Shown here: positions 61,501-64,000 of the stretch, piece after piece | How the letters are laid out: the number at the start of each line of letters is the position of its first letter | How positions within the stretch are numbered: position 1 is the first letter of the stretch | Source of the DNA: Schmidtea polychroa | Taxonomy: Eukaryota | Assembly (NCBI GenBank): GCA_044892525.1 | Contig: CM097885.1 | Coordinates: forward strand, 121,892,001-121,956,000 | DNA: 64,000 bases | Reading direction: 5' to 3' | Program-made: the position numbers and the translations under genes | The notes under the pieces: model-generated | Database searches by the model: none | Told to the model about the DNA's origin: nothing | The model's input: only the letters and a program-made list of their open reading frames with translations

Positions 61501-62955
61501 ATAGTTAGCTATTCGCACTGGTAATAATTGATTTTCCACTTTCACAATTTCGTCACACATCGGGGTCTCGTATTTTTCTATTAACGTTTGATTCGGTTCA
61601 AATATAAATTCGTCATTGTCTACGCCAGCAGCGTTCGCATAATATATTATTTCTGTTTGAGGTGGGATGGTTAACGATTGACTGAGAAATACTTCTCCTA
61701 AATCATGAATGACTTCGCCACTTTTTCCCACGATCAAATTTCCAGTTTTAAAATCCAGTGAGATTCCGTCTAACTGCTCCAGTACATCCATTCCAATCAA
61801 ACACAAAACAGGGCTTTTTTCCATAATCTGTACGTTATGTGTAATCTTTCTGTCACCAATTAGAAGTACCACTTCTATTTCTCCAATTATTCTCAATACG
61901 TTTTTAGACAGTGATCTGATTATGCTATTTGATGGTTTTATTTGCCTTCTCTCCTTTGTCGACAATATCTCCTCTGATATAATTGTATGACTTGATCCTG
62001 AATCCACAACAGCCTCCACTCTCTTTTTATTTAGTTGGATTAATATTCGTGGTTGTTTGCCAATTTTTGCTAACGTCATCAATACATAATTTCCGGGTAA
62101 ACCTAACCTGTTTCGTCTTTCGATTTCGGCACTTGTTGGTTCGATTCTCTCACATTGTAAAGCAATATTTTCGACTGGTTTCATTTCCCTCAATTTTTCG
62201 ACTGGATACGCTGGTAGTGGTTGGATAAACGATTTTGGTATACACAATCTAGAAAAAGTATCCTGATTATCATTATTGGACAGTGATTCTTTTAGCAGTT
62301 GATAGTTTTTCAATGTGTTACTTTGCATTCGTTCCTCCGAATACAACGGGGCGGATTCATTGATATTTTCGTCATCATTTTTGTCATCGTTAGAAGTAGT
62401 AGTCAAATCGATATAACTTACCTTTTTCTTTTTCATCAGTCGTGTTTTCAAAGTTTCCATCTCTTTATACTGGTGATGTGTGATAAAAAATCTGGCTAGC
62501 AATGGAACGCATTCCATGACTAATTTCCAAGACAATCCCGTAATAGTATACAATCTGTGTGTTGACAACATCTGCGAGATTATTACTTTAATCACGATTC
62601 CAATTACGCAGATTCCGATTAATCCAGCACAAGCTTGACCAATAAACATGAACTTTCCCCATATCTTTTTCATCGTATTATATGTTGCTCTTTTGTAATG
62701 ATCAGGTGTTAACAAGTAGTCGTAATTTGCTTTCCCAGTTCCACTCGGGAGAATAGTGTCCACCATTTCCATAATCACCCTTTCTTTTTTTGATGGAAAC
62801 AATAAATTTCTCCGGGCCGCTTCAATATCATCACTTGAATACATCCCACTTTGCGTCATACTATCTAGCGATGTAAAATTAATCAAATACTCTAATTTGG
62901 TCAACTCCAATTTCTCTGGAACTTTCACTCCCTGTGATCGGGTAGTGCAATCCAT
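58321..62955 (-). CDS. Ty3/Gypsy polyprotein: glycoprotein C-terminus/TM, protease, RT, RNase H, integrase
   Basis: VDSGS (about 62000), YRKLN, PFGL, YIDD (60792-60781), TDAS and TDHNPL, HHCC finger, MDIVGP / TDQG / VERFN (DDE) and GPY. The order PR-RT-RH-IN is Gypsy-type. Confidence 0.95.
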   Translation of the reverse strand: MDCTTRSQGVKVPEKLELTKLEYLINFTSLDSMTQSGMYSSDDIEAARRNLLFPSKKERVIMEMVDTILPSGTGKANYDYLLTPDHYKRATYNTMKKIWGKFMFIGQACAGLIGICVIGIVIKVIISQMLSTHRLYTITGLSWKLVMECVPLLARFFITHHQYKEMETLKTRLMKKKKVSYIDLTTTSNDDKNDDENINESAPLYSEERMQSNTLKNYQLLKESLSNNDNQDTFSRLCIPKSFIQPLPAYPVEKLREMKPVENIALQCERIEPTSAEIERRNRLGLPGNYVLMTLAKIGKQPRILIQLNKKRVEAVVDSGSSHTIISEEILSTKERRQIKPSNSIIRSLSKNVLRIIGEIEVVLLIGDRKITHNVQIMEKSPVLCLIGMDVLEQLDGISLDFKTGNLIVGKSGEVIHDLGEVFLSQSLTIPPQTEIIYYANAAGVDNDEFIFEPNQTLIEKYETPMCDEIVKVENQLLPVRIANYGDKPIRLKPKTKLGKLSNMLIEAERKIPKNVKIYKEPEVVSTDLTEEQRQKFTELLRRYRDIFARHEYDLGLTNIIEHEIPLLDETPVKIKPYRIPYIHQTESDRQIQAMKDFGIIRDSSSPFSSSIVIVKKKDGDLRFCVDYRKLNQVTRKDTYPIPVPQEMFDQMGEAQYFTVIDLNKGYNQFKVKEEDRKKTAFSDGKGLYEFNVLPFGLTGAPATFQRDMNFVLRGLKHALVYIDDIIIFSNSFDEHLDDVEAVFKRLKEAKLKIKPSKCEWGKSEVVYVGHIISRRGLQTNPDNIKKVEVYPIPKNADDVRQFLGLASYYRKFIKNFSLIAQPLNSLLKKNNKFIWNKTQQEAFDALKQKLITTPILKCPDFTKLFLLMTDASNVALGAVLGQKVDGEKDHVIAYASRSLRPHEKNYSTIEKETLALVYGIATFRQYLLGRKFIVYTDHNPLQWLMKHRDSASKLIRWSIALQEYDFEIKYRAGKANANADTMSRIPNGGIESEGSTETIEGTIFAAIKAVNNMIELQNEQKNDNQLKQFFERAITVEKKSNLKKIINENHKYIIHEGILKCVKNDEILIMIPEKQRDSLLMQYHDGALGGHLSARKTLSRLKLKYYWPLMEQDVRDWCKKCKICITRRNTGNKIKVPLKPMPVPTAPMEMTAMDIVGPLPETIKGNKCIVVFCDYLTRWPEAYAIPNQKADTVAKIFVENIVFRYGTPKKLLTDQGSNFQSELFKSITELFGIWKLNTSPYHPQTDGLVERFNGTLINMISSYVNSKQRDWDEYIKPCLFAYRNAINPSTGETPFYLMYLRRNNMPIDLNFQLPVTQYMEIPDYKALMQERVQSVWAKAGLTVKHNQEKYKEAYDKKAHPHGIKIGDLVYLNRPEPLKGMSPKLQRPFKGPYKVCDTTETNLKLLPFRSKKANPIIVHANRCKLMPEDDETRYPLRSKQNKEKVDAIVQQKFTKNPVPISYITKMLFIMIALLTVTSVKGGKVDLPYAVTKIPLWEKINIYSTYTNIVWIYHCEISEQIEIDNLLDPFTPVSILNYDRNMYVA

Positions 62956-63998
62956 GATTCAGACGTCAAGCGATACAGTGGAGCCAATAATCTATTACAT
63001 TGCAATACTTTAGGCTTCACGTCCTCTTCCAGTAGAATGCGTGTCACCGGTTCCATGAATCGCAATTTCCCGTTAAAATTCACTGGCAATTCATTTGTAC
63101 ATTGATCGAATTTCATCAATTTGATAGGTACAGCTTTGCATTTATAGCTATACAACGCTTCGCCAAAAATTCGAGCAGATACTCCGTTCTCTGATATTAG
63201 CATTGGAGCAACTAAATTCGGATTTGTAATAGCCATCGCCATTCTGTTTCGCAAAATTTCCTTATTTAACTTGCAATCATTTAATATAATTTCTCGATAC
63301 ACACTTTCGACCGTATCTTGGCTAAAATGAAACAGATAATCAATTTTGTTATTGAAATAATTCGTTAGTTTAATTTCCTCTGAATATAACTTCGTTTGAG
63401 CTTCCTCGACAATTCTTTTTGATACATAAATTCCTTTATAATTTGTTTCATATACTGTTTGTCCACATTTGGTATTTATACCCTTTCTGAGAAATCTCAT
63501 CCCATCATTCGGGGATATTGCCATTAATACCGTTGGAGTATCTTTCATTCGCAAAGGCGTAATTCTAATCGTTGTATTCATCACTGAATTTAGAATTGTA
63601 CTTTCTGGTCTCTCTTGAATTTGCTCTCCTGTTATCTCTTTGAAAGGCATCGATTTTAAGTGCGCTAAGTTACACTTTTTCACATTCACGTCGTACACCA
63701 AAATTGATTCACCTGTATTACAACTGGTTTCTCTCATATTGCAAAATGGATGTGTTTGCAATTTTCCCGTGTCATCATCGAACGATCCGTCAAAATATTT
63801 CAATTCTGATTCGTACTCTTCTATAACAACGACTTTATCAATAACCTGTTCACCCACCTTGTGCGATTCACCTTCGCAATCACCATTTGCTTTGATCAAC
63901 CCTTTTATTGCAATTGTTTCGCGAATTTTGTGATTCACTTTCGCTTTTAACTTAATTTCCGCATTTATTTTTAATTCTCCTGTTTGAAACGCTGCCAA
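62925..63998 (-). CDS. Chuvirus-like / gB-type (class III) viral glycoprotein ectodomain, open beyond the window edge
   Basis: The Cys pattern and the segment GEALYSYKCKAVPI...CTNELPV...FMEPVTRIL...CNRLLAPLY...W follow the chuviral glycoprotein pattern. It continues, after a 1-nt shift, into SMTQSGMYS...LLFP...KIWGKFMFIG...TM. Recognised by eye only. Confidence 0.75.
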   Translation of the reverse strand: MAAFQTGELKINAEIKLKAKVNHKIRETIAIKGLIKANGDCEGESHKVGEQVIDKVVVIEEYESELKYFDGSFDDDTGKLQTHPFCNMRETSCNTGESILVYDVNVKKCNLAHLKSMPFKEITGEQIQERPESTILNSVMNTTIRITPLRMKDTPTVLMAISPNDGMRFLRKGINTKCGQTVYETNYKGIYVSKRIVEEAQTKLYSEEIKLTNYFNNKIDYLFHFSQDTVESVYREIILNDCKLNKEILRNRMAMAITNPNLVAPMLISENGVSARIFGEALYSYKCKAVPIKLMKFDQCTNELPVNFNGKLRFMEPVTRILLEEDVKPKVLQCNRLLAPLYRLTSESWIALPDHRE

Positions 63999-64000
63999 AC

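Overview
AT-rich animal genomic DNA from a draft assembly, with N-gaps at about 10047-10183, 38370-38512, 41432-41596, 47425-47567 and 56344-56574. Many introns are 40-50 nt, while the long introns are filled with transposons; the taxon cannot be fixed from the sequence. Four host genes were reconstructed by hand: a 12-exon KIF9 kinesin (minus, 632-11456), a divergent Wee1-family kinase (plus, 18635-20176), a partial LDLa single-pass membrane protein gene (minus, 33181-33902) and Greatwall/MASTL kinase (plus, 36598-53278). The last MASTL intron holds one intact and one dead hAT transposase. Most of the remainder is mobile DNA: MITEs, Tc1/hAT/Chapaev remnants and a dense cluster of LTR-like elements. 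Two things stand out. (1) A Ty3/Gypsy element (minus, 54000 to beyond 64000) reads as one near-continuous frame: chuvirus/gB-type glycoprotein, TM, protease, RT, RNase H, integrase, signal peptide, then a second unrelated type I membrane glycoprotein. It therefore has an envelope-like gene on both sides of pol, broken by only one frameshift and one stop. (2) A 4167-bp TG...CA element with a 4-bp TSD (26257-30423) looks like a giant solo LTR. It carries its own promoter, a duplication-built first intron and a 253-aa orphan ORF that is strongly conserved in a diverged second copy (12370-15770). A minimal hammerhead ribozyme motif sits at 22511-22556. Family assignments come from recognising motifs by eye; no database searches were run.
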